Of a stretch of DNA of 64,000 nucleotides, positions 9,918 to 24,388 are shown in pieces. A program made the translations under genes and the position numbers. Position 1 is the first letter of the stretch, and every line of letters begins with the position of its first letter. This DNA comes from Paraphysomonas bandaiensis (lineage: Eukaryota > Protista > Chrysophyceae). The stretch is from contig CBFFRP010000431.1 in NCBI GenBank assembly GCA_965644295.1, positions 1-64,000 of the forward strand, read 5' to 3'. Below the pieces are notes generated by a model. It made no database searches, had not been told where the DNA came from, and was given only the letters and a program-made list of their open reading frames with translations.

Positions 9918-12871
9918 TTAAGGCATTGCAGCTCTAACCTGTCGCTTGTTAACAGCATCTTTAAATAGCTTTCTTAACTCTTCGTAACGCTTAGTCCCTT
10001 TCGCGAGGTCAAGAGGAGTTTTATGTGTCTATAATTCAGACGTTACATAGAATACACACAATATAAACGCAATTACCGCATCACGCTGCTGGTACTTGCA
10101 TCCGTGTAAAATTAGCAGTCGTATGACATCACTCATTGCTGGAATAAAGTCATCCGGAGCATCACAATACGCAATCACAGCATCATGCAGTGCAGAATGC
10201 CTCTTTTCATAGCAAACCACATCTTTTTTTATCCCCATACTAAGTAGCATTTGAGCCACTTCCTTGCTGCCGCCATTACATGCCCAGTGTAGTAATGTAC
10301 CGCCAAGCTATATATACATTTCACAAGTAAATTCATTTCAATCAATCAATAAATAAAAAACTTTACCGGGTCTCTACTGTTGAGAAGCTCTGGACTCTCC
10401 AGTAATCTTTGTTTAAGACTAGATACTTCTCCTTCACTGGCTTGATATCTGAGCTCTGCGGGCATGTCGATATGTGCATTTTTCATTTTGTTGTCAAAGT
10501 CTGTCGTTGCTGCACTTCCTTGTGACTGCCAATCTGGATTCATCGTTTGCATTTCAAATGTTGGCACTACTTCCGGATTATCGGGATCGAATATTGCGTA
10601 TGTTTTCATGGCGTCCTGAATAGCCACATCACTCATTCCGATTTCATAGCTACACATCATGTTGTAGCGCTCTCGGGCAAGAATGAGGTGTGACTTATTC
10701 ACTAGATCGCTATAAGTTTCTGACATCATGGCAATAAGTAGATTCAGCATTAGAAGTACAATGCACACATTGTATAGAACACTGAGAATTTGATGTATCC
10801 ATAAAATGTTAATTGACATCCCGCTGTCATCAAATATATCCAAATTCTGCCCGTCCACGGTGTATCGAAATATCCCCCATATACTGGCAAAGAAGCTCTC
10901 AAATCCTCCCGCAACAGTACGATCCTCAGTCATGATGGTTAATACCGCATGCGCCGAACCAAACCCAAATAATATTGTTATATACACGAAGAAAAATAGA
11001 GGTATATCTTTCATCAAGATGTTCGAAACGATGACCACAAAGTTCCCAGTCGCTTTGAACCCCATTAATATGTAATATATACGTATCCAAGATGTTAGAG
11101 CTGTAAGTGCTATAGTGACACGCACAGGAGCATCCCCATCGAGATTATTCTTCCACAAAACAAACTTACTAACACACACAGCGGTAAACAGGGCAAATTC
11201 CACGGTGCTACATATATTCTCCAGTAGTGCGGCACCACGTATCGTTCCATTGCGGCCCCAGTGGTTCAATCCGTGAAGCGAAATTTGCTTCGCATCATTG
11301 TAGTACCCAAAAAACATGAGAAGCCACGTCAATGGGTACAGACACCATACCGCCCAATCCACTGCCGAGTCACCTTCTGAGTACGCGAAAAGGCAAATAA
11401 TCAACGTTATCAGAATAGTCCGTATGAGTCCAAACAATGATGACGCAAAAAATGTTGGGAACCCGAACCGCTCCCATTTTTTAGATATTATTTCAGACAC
11501 CTCAGGGATATCTAGCATATCTAGATGATTCATTCGACATATCCACTCAATAGCCCCAAGTTTTAGGAATTGCTTTTCTTCATGTGCCCTCTGCAATCCT
11601 AAACAACTTTCATACATTATATCTTCAGGAAGAGGTGGGTACGAAAGAAAATATTGAGTGACATTTTCTTTCGTTTTCGCTGACACATCGCATTCGGCAA
11701 AACTACTGTGGAGAAGGTTGTCAGGTTCTGGTGTTTTATCTTTGACCGTGTCGAGGTTTACCAAGTCAACTACTGAACAGTCAACGGGCCCGTAGCTCCA
11801 TAGTCTTGTAGTGCGCAGTTTTAGCATGTGTCGGAACATAGTAGATTTCCCACTTTTCGCAGCTAAAGTAAAAGGGGTTAATGACTCGTTATTGAATATG
11901 TGTATTAGCTGAGTGTACAGAAGATGTTTGACTTTCTCAGGAGGTGCTTCTCCGAGAGAGTCTTGCAGGCGGCCTCTAATGATATTCTCAGCATGAATTA
12001 TCACATAATCAAACATGCGCTCCAATTCGTGTAGAACACACAAATGAAGGGCATTATTTCCATGGCTGTCGACAAAAAATAAAGCGTTGGGATCGCATTC
12101 AACCAGCAAATCCAATATGTCCAAATCATTGGAGCACACTGCAAAATGTATGGGATATTCACCAAAATATACACCAATGCGGGTAAAGTGAGGTTGAAAA
12201 AAGTGTCCCAATGTACGGGCACTCAGAAGTTGAATAAGTAAGTCGTGGCGTTGCTCTTCTTGTCGATGAAAGTCTAATAGCCACTTCACTTCATCGTATG
12301 CACGATGAGCGATGGCAATATGCAGAATATTTTCTCCAAGGTATGGCATCATTCGAACATCATCGACTTTTTCAGTATACCTTAAAGTAGAAAGCTCTGG
12401 AAAATTTTTAACTAAATATCTCCCAATCTCAAAGTTTTGGTACAAGTAGGCAATATGAATGATTGTCGCACCAGCACCATCTGTCTTCTTCAACATATGC
12501 TCTCGACTGTCTTTCGGCCAACTGTTGATCAATTCTTCCAAAGCATTCAATTGACCATGACACACAAACTTAAAGGACTCCAATTGACGATGATCCGTAA
12601 TTTGCGACTCAACAAGCATTCTTCCAACTTTGAACATTCTTGTTTCCATAGACTCAAACTTCGATGCCAACAAATTCCCGCGGTTTATTTTCTTCAACAA
12701 TTGAACTTTGCGCTCTTTACTTCGCTGTGATTCACTTCGTTTGAGAAGCCTTTTCATTGGAGAGAACTTAGCAGGGGAAGTGCTAGGGTGAGGAGGAGAC
12801 ATCGCATTCTCCACAGCGGGATTTGGGGACTGTGGAGTGTCAACTGCAGGAGCAACTTTCATGCCTGACAT
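9918..12871 (-). CDS. TRPV/OSM-9-like ankyrin-repeat cation channel with extra C-terminal ankyrin repeats
   Basis: N-terminal ankyrin repeats (GENILHIAI, YFGEYPIHFAVC, DSHGNNALH, LTPFTLAAK), the TRPV-type WSYGPV linker, KWERFG, about six hydrophobic helices and S6 LMLNLLIAMMSETY. Two more GT-AG-linked exons encode GGTLLHWAC, SALHDA and KTPLDLA. First ATG taken as 12871; the last exon and stop are uncertain. Confidence 0.85.
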
Positions 12872-13582
12872 CGAGTGATCGATATCAATAATACCCACAG
12901 CAGATGAATTTAACAATCTCCTGGATCCTTAATATACTGATGTGATCGTACGGCAACAGATTAATTATGCTGTAGTTTATAGTCACAGTCACCAGCCATC
13001 CCCGTCTCATGTAACGTCCACATACATCTCATACGAAGATATCTGATATCCATTCTGAAAAACATGGAATTTTGCAGATGAAACAGCAAATTTTTATTCA
13101 AAAAATATCCTAGTTTTTCGAAAACTCTATGTATTTGGTACGGTGCTCTGGAAATGCAAAGTGTTCTTCAGCTTTCTTTGAATATTTCCTGCAGTATACC
13201 ATCCGTATTCTATGCATACGCAACCATCGAATTCTATGACTGGTGTACTGTTGTGTATGTACCACAGACACGTAGAGCAGTACGTCTGCATACACTTTGT
13301 CGTATTACACAGGTACATCTATAGTACATACCCTACAGAGGGATATTCATCTATAGAGGGATATCCTACAGCAGTACTGCCTCTGTATATCCTGTTAAAA
13401 AATAATGCAGTTCGAATTCCCGCATTGGAATTATAACAATCACCATCTCATCACATTCACTCCAACGAAAGAGTGTTGGATACATATATTCACTATCATC
13501 CATGGTGTGATAGTAACGCTTGTAATAATTGTAATTGACGTGAATTATTAATAAAGATTTAGAAGATTTATTATTAAAATAA

Positions 13583-16500
13583 ATGACCTCATTAAACCCC
13601 TCAGAGAGCTCAGATAGTCTGACACTCACTCGTGTGATTGGACAGACATCACTGGGGAATGCAACCTTTTGTTCCGCATCTCCTGGATATGTCGCATACG
13701 CAGCCGGTTGTGTGGTTGTTTTATATAATCCTCAAACTAATAAACAACTGGGATTTTTTCGAGTTAGTCGAGCAGTCTCGTGTCTATCTTTCAGTCATGA
13801 TGGGAAGTTTATTGCGATTGGAGAACGAGGTCGTCAGCCTTGTGTCTCTGTGTGGGAGACTAGTACGTTTAGCCAGCTTATTTCCTTCACTGGGCACCAA
13901 CATGGAGTTGCACATGTTATGTTTTCACCGAACGGTTTGTACTTAGTTTCCGTCGGGTTCAAACATGACAAGCAGCTTCTCTTATGGGAATGGGCAAGTG
14001 AGCGTTTGATATGTACCCATAAAATTGAGAACAAAGTCAATGCTATCAGTTTCCATTCTAGTGGCAATTTCTTTGTGACATGTGGTGATCGTCACTTAAA
14101 ATGGTGGTACTTGATTACGGATAACACCCCAAACAGTGAACATATTGTAACGGGAATAAACGGTCGCCCTGCAAGTATTTTAGAAACACAAAGAAATTCT
14201 AATTTTGTAGACGTTCTGTGTCCCACAGGTCAGCATGATAGTGCACTGAGGAGTAACGTGTATTGTACTACTTCCACTGGACTACTGTGCTTAGTGCATG
14301 AGTCCAGACTTATGGACAAGTGGGTTCAGCTGGACTCTCCGGCCTCTTTTTGTTTAGCGTTGACATCTTCTTTGCTTCTCGTCGGGTGTACGAATGGGAG
14401 AATTTACGCCTTTTCTCCAGTATCTCTGGAATATATCGCTACCCTTCCATTGCCCGGTCCCCTATGCAACGGTACGAGTGAAGGCAGTATCCAGTCCCCG
14501 CGTTCATCCGGCACTTCATCAACCTCCAAACTTCAGTACCCTGCATGTTACGGATTGTGCGCTGTACCATTGACTTCATACGTTGCCGCTTCCTATGCAG
14601 ATCGAAGTATTTTTATATGGGATGTCAGTGATGTATTGAATGTGGCCAGATATCGTTCCTTTGTATTTCACCGCTCTTGTATTTGGGATCTTCAATTTGT
14701 GGAAGCCTCTTCTTCACTTCCAACGTCAGTGTCAAGTGAAGATATATCTGATCCACTCCCGTTACCGCAAGGCACATTTATAACATGCGGTGCTGACAAC
14801 ACTGTTCATGTATGGAATATCGATCCCAAACTCCAACGAAAGAGCAAGTTCAGATCGTCCTATAGCAGAGACTTGCTGCACTCATTTTACCTAGACGCAG
14901 GGGATGTCGACATCTCTGCAAGCGTGGATTACTCCAGCAGTGCGCCGGATACAGAGCTTCCAGACAGACAGCAGGTAGAGGGCGTTTCCATCTTTCGAAT
15001 GCAATGTTTTCTTTATACTTGTTGTCCTGACAATGCACATTTGGTATTGTCATATTTTGCACTTCATATTTTACCAGATGCTCACTCAATAACATCTCCG
15101 TTTGTGTTCCTGTAAATTCACTTCACATGTTTCCTGATTGCAATGGTTTCTGAACGGCAGGGTCGACTAGCTGCAAGGTGTTTAGCTGTGCATCCTAATG
15201 GAAGTGAAGTCGCCTGTGGGGACCGTCGCGGATTGCTTCACATATTTGATCTTCGAACAATGAAACCTGCGGAGGGAACAGCAAATGGTGTGCGTGCACA
15301 TGCGGCAGAAATTCTAAGCCTCAACTACTCCCCTTATATGGCCTCTTCTACACCCGAAGAAATCACATCGGACGCCGACAGAGACCTAGTGTTTTTGGCT
15401 TCCGGCGGTAGAGATCGATTGGTTCATGTATTTGATGCCTCTCCAAGTAATTCTACGGGGTGCGGCTCATACACTCCTGTAACAACCCTGGATGGCCATT
15501 CTTCGTCAGTAACAGTGGTGAAATTTAGCTCAGATGGAAAACGATTAGTAAGCTGTGGCGGTGATAAAACGATGGTGTTGAATGCTGTGAAGGGACGAGA
15601 TATATCCCGTGCGCGCACTATCAATACACCTCACGGTACAATCAATGGTATGGCACTGGATGCAGCGACAAATAAGTTTGCAGTGTCCACGGGTCAGGAT
15701 AAAAGAATCAATGTCTGGAATATAACATCAGGAAAACTGATGCGCTCGTATAGACCAAGTGATGTAAATGGCGAGTTGTATAAATGTGCTATGGATCCGT
15801 CAGGTACGAGCTTCATTTGTATTGTCAGTGCAGTGTAATTCTGCCATGCCTTATCACTGTTCGTGTGCTTAAAATTGAACGAAATGTTACTATGTAATCG
15901 CACAGTATACATTCTACACTGCATCTTCAATAAAAACACGGTTTAAACTAGCTATGTACTGCTACTGCAGGAATGTTTGTCGCTACATGCTCTTTCGATA
16001 AATATATCCGCCTTTACGATTTCTTCTCGGGGGAGCTTATCCAGCAGGCATGTGCAGCGTATTTCACATGTGTACAATAGACTCAGTACACTCGTGGTGA
16101 CATATTTTTCTCTTTTGTAGGTATCTGGTCATAGCGATTTAATCACTGGTGTAAAATTCTCCTCCGATGGACGATCTTTGTACTCCGTTGGAGGTGATGG
16201 ATGTATTATGATATGGGACCTTTCACAAGATCTTGTAGAAGCAATGCAAGATCGTCTTGTGGAACTGTTTGCCAATGCGCAAAAGAAAAAAAAAGTGGTA
16301 GATGAAAAGGCTAGACTAGCCAGCAGTGGCCAGTACGACAAACTTGCGGTTAAAAATATTTCCGCAAAGGCGTCGGCCATTCGCGCCAGTGGTGGTGTTC
16401 GCACAGGAGGGGGCTTGGCTCAAAAACATTCTTCTGAACCCTCCTCTGATGAAAATTCGATGGGGGTGGTGGGTACGAGTGTAAGTTCAAGGCCAGCGAC

Positions 16501-18915
16501 CGTGGACAGTTCTGGTGGGAGCGCCAGCACACATTCTGTGGGCGATCGTCCGGCCACCAGCGCAGGTGCGGCGCAGATGCAGCTAGGGAAAAAAGTATCT
16601 GCTGCTCGTATGCCCGCCTGGGCGGCCCGTGGGGAAGGGAAATGTACTACCTCAGCCAGTGGAGTTGCACCCCCCCCTGCTGCGGGCAAGTGGGCCTCTC
16701 GAGTAGATCCGAATTTACAAGTCCTTGGACAACCACTGGTGAGTGGCGACAGGCATAAATTGACGTTGGAAATGACGGTGGAAGAAGCCACGTGGAAAGG
16801 GCATCCGCAACAGCAGTCTGAACCTGTTCCGTCCCCAAGTAAACTTGCCCACACATTAGAAGATTCGGACGACGTTCTCATCGATATTGACCAACGCGAC
16901 GATGTGACCCTAAGTAGCACGGATAGTGAAGACGGGGGTGTGGTCGGTGCGCAGAATGAGAGTGATGAAGCAGAGGAAGACAGTTTAAATAGGACAGGGT
17001 CAAATTTGGATAGTTTGGAACAGGAGGCAATCAAGCTGGAGTCGTGGCTGGAGAGGAAGGTAAATTCGTTAACTAGTTCGATGCAATCCATCTTCTGTTC
17101 CCACTTGCTAATGCGTTACGATGCCGTAACCAGTTTTGCTTTTTGTCATTTTACGTAGATGTATTTTGATCACTAATCATGCTGTTGTACTAGTTAAGGG
17201 AAGAAGTGGATCTTGATGAAGACCTATCTTCGTCTCTCAAAAAGATTAATAATCCATCGGGCGAGTCGAATGATGCGAGTGTTGTCCCACAACAATCCAA
17301 GGCACTTCTCGGAAATTCATTATCATCTGACTTTTTCAAGAATATCAAACAGTCGTCTACACCGGCCAGAGTAAGTTGATTTCAGAGTCATACTGTACTG
17401 CATATGAGTTTTATTTGTGCGTATTTGTCTAATTTAAAAAGTTTGGTATGCTTTTAATTCACTTTTGATTTGGACATGTAGGTCGGAAATCGGGGCGATG
17501 ACCTTCTCCCTGTTCCTCCTCCCGAGTATTCTCCCACTGACGACAACATCGACGGAAACCCAGTCGCTGAGACAGAGACTGCTACTGATGAAAGCGGTTC
17601 AGTAAAGCGGTCATCGGGGTCTCTTTCGGATGCACTATACGCGAAGAGACAGGAAACTGCCTGTGCGGTAGCGCAAATGAGGGAAAGACTGAGGGTTATG
17701 GGTATACTAGATCGTACAAAGAACTTAGCCACAGGAAGTGAAGCGTCTGAAGGTGGAGTTGGTAAAACTACTGAAGAGCGAAGTGTAGAGCCTTCTGAAG
17801 GAGACGAAAACGTATCAGTTGCTAAGGACACAGAGAAGGGGAATGAAGTCGATATGACGAATTCTTCACACCCTCCTCCCCCTCCGCCCACTGATGTCAA
17901 GGTTTGTAAAGAAGAGTCAGGAGGAGAGTCAGATGATGATACAGCAAGTACAGCTTCTGGTGGATCGGATATTGCTCCTGTGGTATGCAACACATCATTT
18001 ATAATTCATTGTCAGCGTATAGTACTATTGAGGAAAATTGCATCACTCTAGTGAGTTTGATAGACATCATTTTTTTCTCAGGTGATGGAGGCTGAATCCA
18101 ATCAAGAATCGGAGTCGAAATCTACTGATGCAACAGCATCGCAGCCCACTGATGACACTGCATTGATGACCAATGAGGAGCAGACGTACAGAGATATCTT
18201 GCGGTAAGACTGCTTGCCGTCTATAGTTGCATTTATTTGTTATTGCTGTGATGTTGCTCATAGTGATCTCCAAGACGTGTCTACTAAAGCAATCAGTGCT
18301 TATAACGATTTGATGCGACGGAAGCAATCTACGCACACAGGCGGTTCGATGACACCTGCTGTCGATACCTCGCTTAATATTGCATCTGAGGCCTCTGAAG
18401 CTGGTCACGAGAAACCTATAATCGCACCTGAAGTCAACTCAAGCAGTGCGTATGTTAAGCCAATCCCCTCGCAATCTCCCATGGGAAAGAATGCTTCTGG
18501 TAATAGTGCAAACCCTTCTGCGAATTGGATGTCTCACCCGGGGCCAACCAACGCTATAGATGGCTTGCTGGGAGAGTTTGAGAATAGCTTTGAGAGAATT
18601 GCCTCCGTAGCTGGCTCGCTATTAGCACGAAGCCGTAGTATTCGAGGAAGTGGACAGTCTGCTGCGAATGTCTCCGATTCTTACTCTCTTTTGGGTGCAC
18701 GACAATCTGCTATATACCCTATGCAGAGCAATGAGGGAGGGTCAATGCATTCTTCTCAGCTTGATGGGAATTTAGATATGCTATCGGAAGATGCAACTAT
18801 GTCCAGTGAAAGTGCTGCAGAGGTTTCTGCAATTCTAGAGAAATACTCAGATAAGCTGGTGACTTTAGTTAGTGAAAAGATGTTGGCGTCATCTCAACAA
18901 AAAAATCCATTGTAA
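13583..18915 (+). CDS. WDR62/MAPKBP1-like WD40 repeat protein, 8 exons
   Basis: LTLTRVIG start, VAYAAGCVVVLYNP, FVTCGDRHLKWW, FHRSCIWD, LASGGRDRLVHVF and GHSDLITGVKF follow the MAPKBP1/WDR62 order, followed by a long low-complexity tail. All seven introns can be placed in frame; one is GC-AG. Confidence 0.85.
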
Positions 18916-20094
18916 TGCATTGATTTGGCATTGATTATCAACTGGTACTTGCAACCTTGGTTCAATTTAAATACTAAGCCTTGTCTTTTACTTTTCTGGT
19001 ATTTGCGTTATACTGTATGAATGAACCAGCATGCTAGGTTAACCCATGGCGATGAATATTATGGAATCGTTAAAATAACACTGGTCAACACTTTTGAGTA
19101 AATAGCATTGCGTTTATTTCGTGATACTCTTATAAATTGCCACCCTCAGTAATAGCAATAATAAATATGTAGCTGTTCAGAAAATGTACACGTAAGTATC
19201 GTAGTGCACGATAAGGTTTTACTTACCCACAGGATACAAGGAGGACGGAAAGCCCAATTTCTAAATTTGGCCAAGAGGGACGAAAACTAAAATCTTGAAG
19301 GTATAGCTCTTTGTAAGCTGCTTGCAGGTAGAAGAAATATGTGTTGCTCGATTAGAATTAAGTATAAACTAATGAACACAAATGTATTGTTTCGTATCAG
19401 AAGTATCTACATAAGGGAATGATAGTTGTACTAACTTTTAATTCGAAACAATAAATTCCTGAATTTCAATAGTAGTTACAACAATTGTATACCTACCACA
19501 GGAGGATATAGAGGGAATAGCGACTGCGAGGTATTGAAATTCGTACACAGTACAATGATGTTGTAATAATTAACGTACTGAATTCAAAATTGAGATGAAC
19601 AAACAATACTTCTTGTTATCTAAGTATTTTGCCAGTTTTTTTCAAAATATATATATTATCTAAATATTTAATGGTTATTTAGTTGTGTATTTTGTTTATC
19701 AGTAGAGAGGTTAATAAAAAACTGAAGAATAATATCACACAAAACACAAATATATAATATTATATATATGTCATTAATATAATTGGATAAATTATGTACG
19801 AAAGAATCACACATCGCTTGTTGTTCAACTGCCTTTTTTATTCCACGGGTGGTGATTCATGCGCGAAAACACAATGCTCTGAAAGCCGAGGGGTCATACT
19901 CTTGATCAAATCAGTAATATATAACAATCTCAGCTTTATTGAATAAATAATCAACCTTATTGGTTTTGGTATTCAAGTGCTTCATGCTGTGGTATAGAGT
20001 TTGCTTGTTAAGACGTGGATTTTCTCGTAAAATATTTGATTTTCGAAGTAAAAAATGCCGTTTTTTAACAAATTTTCAGTGTAAAAAGGTGGTA

Positions 20095-20202
20095 TTTTTA
20101 TATCAATTAATTGTCATCATTCATTGACAATTAATTGAACCAAGCTGGAGTCAATTATAATTGCAATTAATTGAAAAAGAATTAGTTGATACGCAGCCCC
20201 TG
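20095..20202 (-). repeat. MITE-like repeat end with TCAATTAATTG palindromic subunits, related to 29198-29308
   Basis: The reverse complement starts CAGGGG and shares attaattgcaat..attgact.ca.ctt..tcaattaat with 29237-29277. Confidence 0.45.
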
Positions 20203-20851
20203 GTAACTAATACAAGTCGATGTGATGCTCAAACCTGGTCGCTTTATTGGTGGATAGTAGATACTAAAAGTAACATTGTTATGTTAAAAATTTACAGGTC
20301 TGAGTTTTCAACGCAATTACTATTAACTTAAACTTCTATTAGACTTAAATTTCTACAGAAGTAGTTACATATAGCAGTACATATAGTACAAACTACCCAT
20401 ATATATATGCACTCAAAATTGAGATATTAAAAATATTCCAATGAATTGAAGCAGGTTGTAGGGAGTAGTGAATTCTTCTTTGCAATTCAGTTATTACAAT
20501 CTCAGTAATTGACAATTAATTGTTAATGTATACAATATCGTTCACTAAATTGATATATATTGGTTGAAGAATAAGCATTGTGTGAATACTGAATACTGTC
20601 GTGTTGTGCCTGTGGAATTAATTTGTAACTTCAATGTCTTCAGACACCCATCATACATTCCTCGGACTTTATAAGGGCCATCAAAATATATGCACAAAGC
20701 GGTAGTAAATATAAACTGACGAGCTCTTTATTAAATTGTAGATGCGTAGATGCCGATTAATTTCAATTAGCTACTTGCCAACATAGTCTTCAGATATAAC
20801 TATTTGAAACGCCTAACGCAGTACGAAATCCATATACCTCGATATCTCACA

Positions 20852-23800
20852 TTACAGTAGAACCTTATCATCTCCACAAAGGTCTTTGAGCTTGTCGACA
20901 GTGATGGCACCACCCGGCTGTCTAGCCAGTTCTTGCCAACCTTTCACGAAGTCCTCTTCGGACAGAAAACCGTCGTTTTGCTTGTCGAACCTGTAGAAAA
21001 CAATGCATTAGCATAGAACATATCATTATATATGAGTAAAAAGCACCAATCCATACATATCCATTCAAATATGCTACACGTACTTTTGGAACATCTGCAT
21101 TTCCTTAAACAGATTTCCTTTATCAGCCGACACTAATCTCCATATGGTGCTGAAATGAAGTGGTTGAATGACCCGCTTTCCAGAAGGGTCCACACGAGAA
21201 TAAGCATTAAATATACTGGCCATTTCAGCAGGGGTAACAATGGTATCATGCACAGATTTCTCTGCCGCCTTGCGTTCTTCTTCTAGCCTCTCCTGACGAG
21301 TCTTCATTTTACGTCCTTGCGAGCGGAAACTGGCAGCCTTGCGACGGCCACTGGACCGAGCAGAGCGGCGAGCCGAAGTACGAGGTGCAGATTGCGTGGC
21401 GGAAGGGGCTAAAGTTGAAGCAGCAGAAGGCTCCTCAGCTTGCTGAGTATCACGAAATCGCGTTTGAGGAAACATAATACAACTCAAAAACATAAAGCTT
21501 ACCACGGCCGGTTTATATGTCTTGGCCTTAACCTGATTTAGCTGAACAGGTCCTCCTGTACCAGATGTAGCTGGAGGAGGGCTGGCTCTGCCGGCAGGAG
21601 GTGCCGGTGGCTGTCGTCCAGCCGCAGCCGCAGCAGCTACTTTCTTGAGGTGATCAGTATCAGGTAAGGGCATTGGTGGAGATGCTGATTGGTCCTCTTC
21701 ATCCTCGGACTCCGAGCTCTCAGCCTCTGAGTCGTCTTCGTTGCGACCCTCTTCATCACTATCAACACCCACATCGGCATGAACACTAGCGCGAGCAGTG
21801 ACGGCCTGAAGACAACATATTAGCATGTGGTCATACTGCAAGGATGCAATGTACAAAATAGATACACACATTGTAAATTGCATCAGCCTCCTCTTCCTTC
21901 ATTTCCTCGCTGAGTCGTTCAGCCGCTCTTTCCTCAGCCTCCAATTCTGCATCGAGCGCAGCCGCCTCCGCTGCAAGCCGAGCTTCTTCCTCTTCGGCCC
22001 GTCTCTTTTCCTCGGCCTGCAAACGAGCCAACAGGTTCTGTGCAGTATCCACAAGAGGGTCCTGGAGGTTAATCGTAGCAGCAGACATGAGAGCCTCAAC
22101 AAGTGAATCCATACTCTCGAATGATAGAGCAGAAGTGAGAGCTGCTTTTACCTCTTCCATTGCAGCTTTCTCTTTGCGCATAGCTATCAATTTATCACGT
22201 GCTCTGTCGACTAGTTCCTGCTCCACAAGTGCTTCCTCCGCGCGAGAAATAGCATGTGATAGCTCATCTACAGTATGTGGTGTGGCTACCTCCAGTGCAG
22301 CGGAGAGAGCAGCTGTCGCATCGGCTTTGGCTTGTTTTGCAGCCTCTTCCTTCGCCAATAACGAGGCAGATAATGCCCGAGCATCATTTAGGGCCCAAAC
22401 TTCTGGTGCAATGTCCAGACCCGACACATTTTCGATGACATCATTAAGTTGTTTCAAATCCAGAGCAGCCATGGCAGTGGTCAGCTGAGTAGTTGCGTCG
22501 TCAATGCTTTTTTTCTTTCTCTCTGAAGCCTCCAGTTTCAGTCGCTCCTCCTCGGCCATGGCCGCACGTCGACGGGCTTCCTCTTCTTCCGCTTTTCGAC
22601 GAGCTTCTGCTTCCGCCCGGGCCTTCGCCTCGGCCTCTTCCTTCGCTCGTTTAGCTTCCGCCTCAGCCCTCGCGCGTGCAGCTATCGCTTCTTCACGAGC
22701 TCTTTGTTTTTCCGCCTCCTCAGCCTCACGTTTACGTTCCATTACCAATATGTGTGATCCACCATTCGCAATAGCAATCGCATGGTAAAGCATACTCGCC
22801 CAGTCCATCATTTCATCCATTGTTTCTCCCTGCATGGTCAGACTGGTCACGCCAGACACAAGACGGAAGCAAAAGAATCGGCCAGTCTCGGAACTCGGCA
22901 TGAGGGACACTGCGCTGCCCATGAGAGGAACGTCCCCTTTGACTTCCGTGCTGTTCTCATTTTCCCGGTACGTCAACCGACCCTCAGCCAGAGAAAACCA
23001 ACGACGTTGCCAGTTTTTCTGTGAGTTTCCGCGTCGCTGCCGAGAGAGCTTCACCAAATATCCAGTCTTTCGAGGTGCGCGACGGAAACCCAAATGCAAT
23101 GGCGGCTTCCAATTCTTTAGTTTCTCTATCGTCTGAGCGTATGACTTAAGAATACAAGATTCACCATTGATAGATGTCAGAGCAGAACCAATAGAGACCC
23201 CCGTATCGCGAAGGTTGGAAAGTTTAACGATAGCCCACTCGCCAGACCGCTCCAATACCACACCAAGTGGTTTATCTTCGAGAAAAGACACTTCATAGAA
23301 AATATCTTCTTCGACACGGTTAAGGGCAGCGTTAATCAACGGGTCATTTTCCTCTGGTTGAGAGTTTGCGATGGACGCACGGATAGCGTGAATCCAAGCG
23401 GAGGTACTCTCCCTAGAGTCCGACATCACATGCAACACTTTCTTGGATGTGACCAGTTCGAAGGCATACAACCCAAGATTAGTTTCAAAGACACTGCAGT
23501 TCGGATGAATATCGTACATGTCCACCACCTCCATGTGGCCATCAACATTCTTTTCCATCACCAGGATCTCCGACATAGTCAGGACAAAATAGTACTCATC
23601 CCATATATCTCCTCCCTTAGGTGGACGCATACGCAATTTCCCCCTCTTTGTTGCGTTCTCATATGCGTTTTCAATACGCTTCACAGTAGCCTTTTCCACA
23701 GCCACGAACTTCTTTAGAATGTTCATAATAGCAGCCTTCCATATTTGATACTCATTCTCGTTCTGCTCAAAACGCAACCCAAGCCTAAATAAAAATTACA

Positions 23801-24388
23801 AGGAAACATATTATTAGCAAGCACGTACGTGACGTTGTTTGTAGAGTCAGTCAAGTTGATTTTGTAGAGATCATCATTAAGAACAATTGTTGTATCAGCG
23901 TTCAATTTGATCATTCCTTGAATATCTTGGGTGTGCTCATGATCTTTGTGCCATGTTATCGCAGCCTCGTGAAGAATAAAAAATTTCCTGGACTTTCCAC
24001 CGTCCGCGAGTGAACCCTTCTTCGTGATGTAGCCTCTAATAGAGTTACGAGCGACCATAATAGATTTCTCAATCGCCACTCTCCAAGCATCCCTTTCCTC
24101 TGCATCCTTAGCCGCCACAACTAAGGTATGAAATGGAGTGGTAATCATAATACAAAAGGGTTTTCCCGGTAGTACAGATTCCTCCACACTGGCCTCTGCT
24201 GTTAACAACAGGTCTCCTTTCGCCTTATCCACTGACTTATGATCCACATAATACGTAAACGTATTCCCATTCAACATGAAATATCTCTTCTTCCAGTTTC
24301 TACCTGATCCCATAGCAAGCTTTATGAGGTAGCCAGACTTCATAATCGGCGCCTCTAATTTAATATGATGCGGCTTCTTAGACGACAT
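20852..24388 (-). CDS. Multi-PH-domain protein: PH-PH-PH-PDZ-PH, charged helix, C-terminal EF-hand, 5 exons
   Basis: PH starts KSGYLIK..NWKKRYF, RGYITKK..RKFF, KRGKLR..WDEYYF and KTGYLVK..NWQRRWF; PDZ-like KPLGVVL..LTSING; E/A/R-rich helix; last exon DKQNDGFLSEED. Four GT-AG introns in frame. Confidence 0.8.

Noticed and set aside
16420-23717. Long antisense ORFs over the WD40 and PH genes (also those over the MyTH4, kinesin and eIF5A genes)
   Set aside because: Shadow frames of codon-biased or low-complexity coding sequence with no independent motifs.
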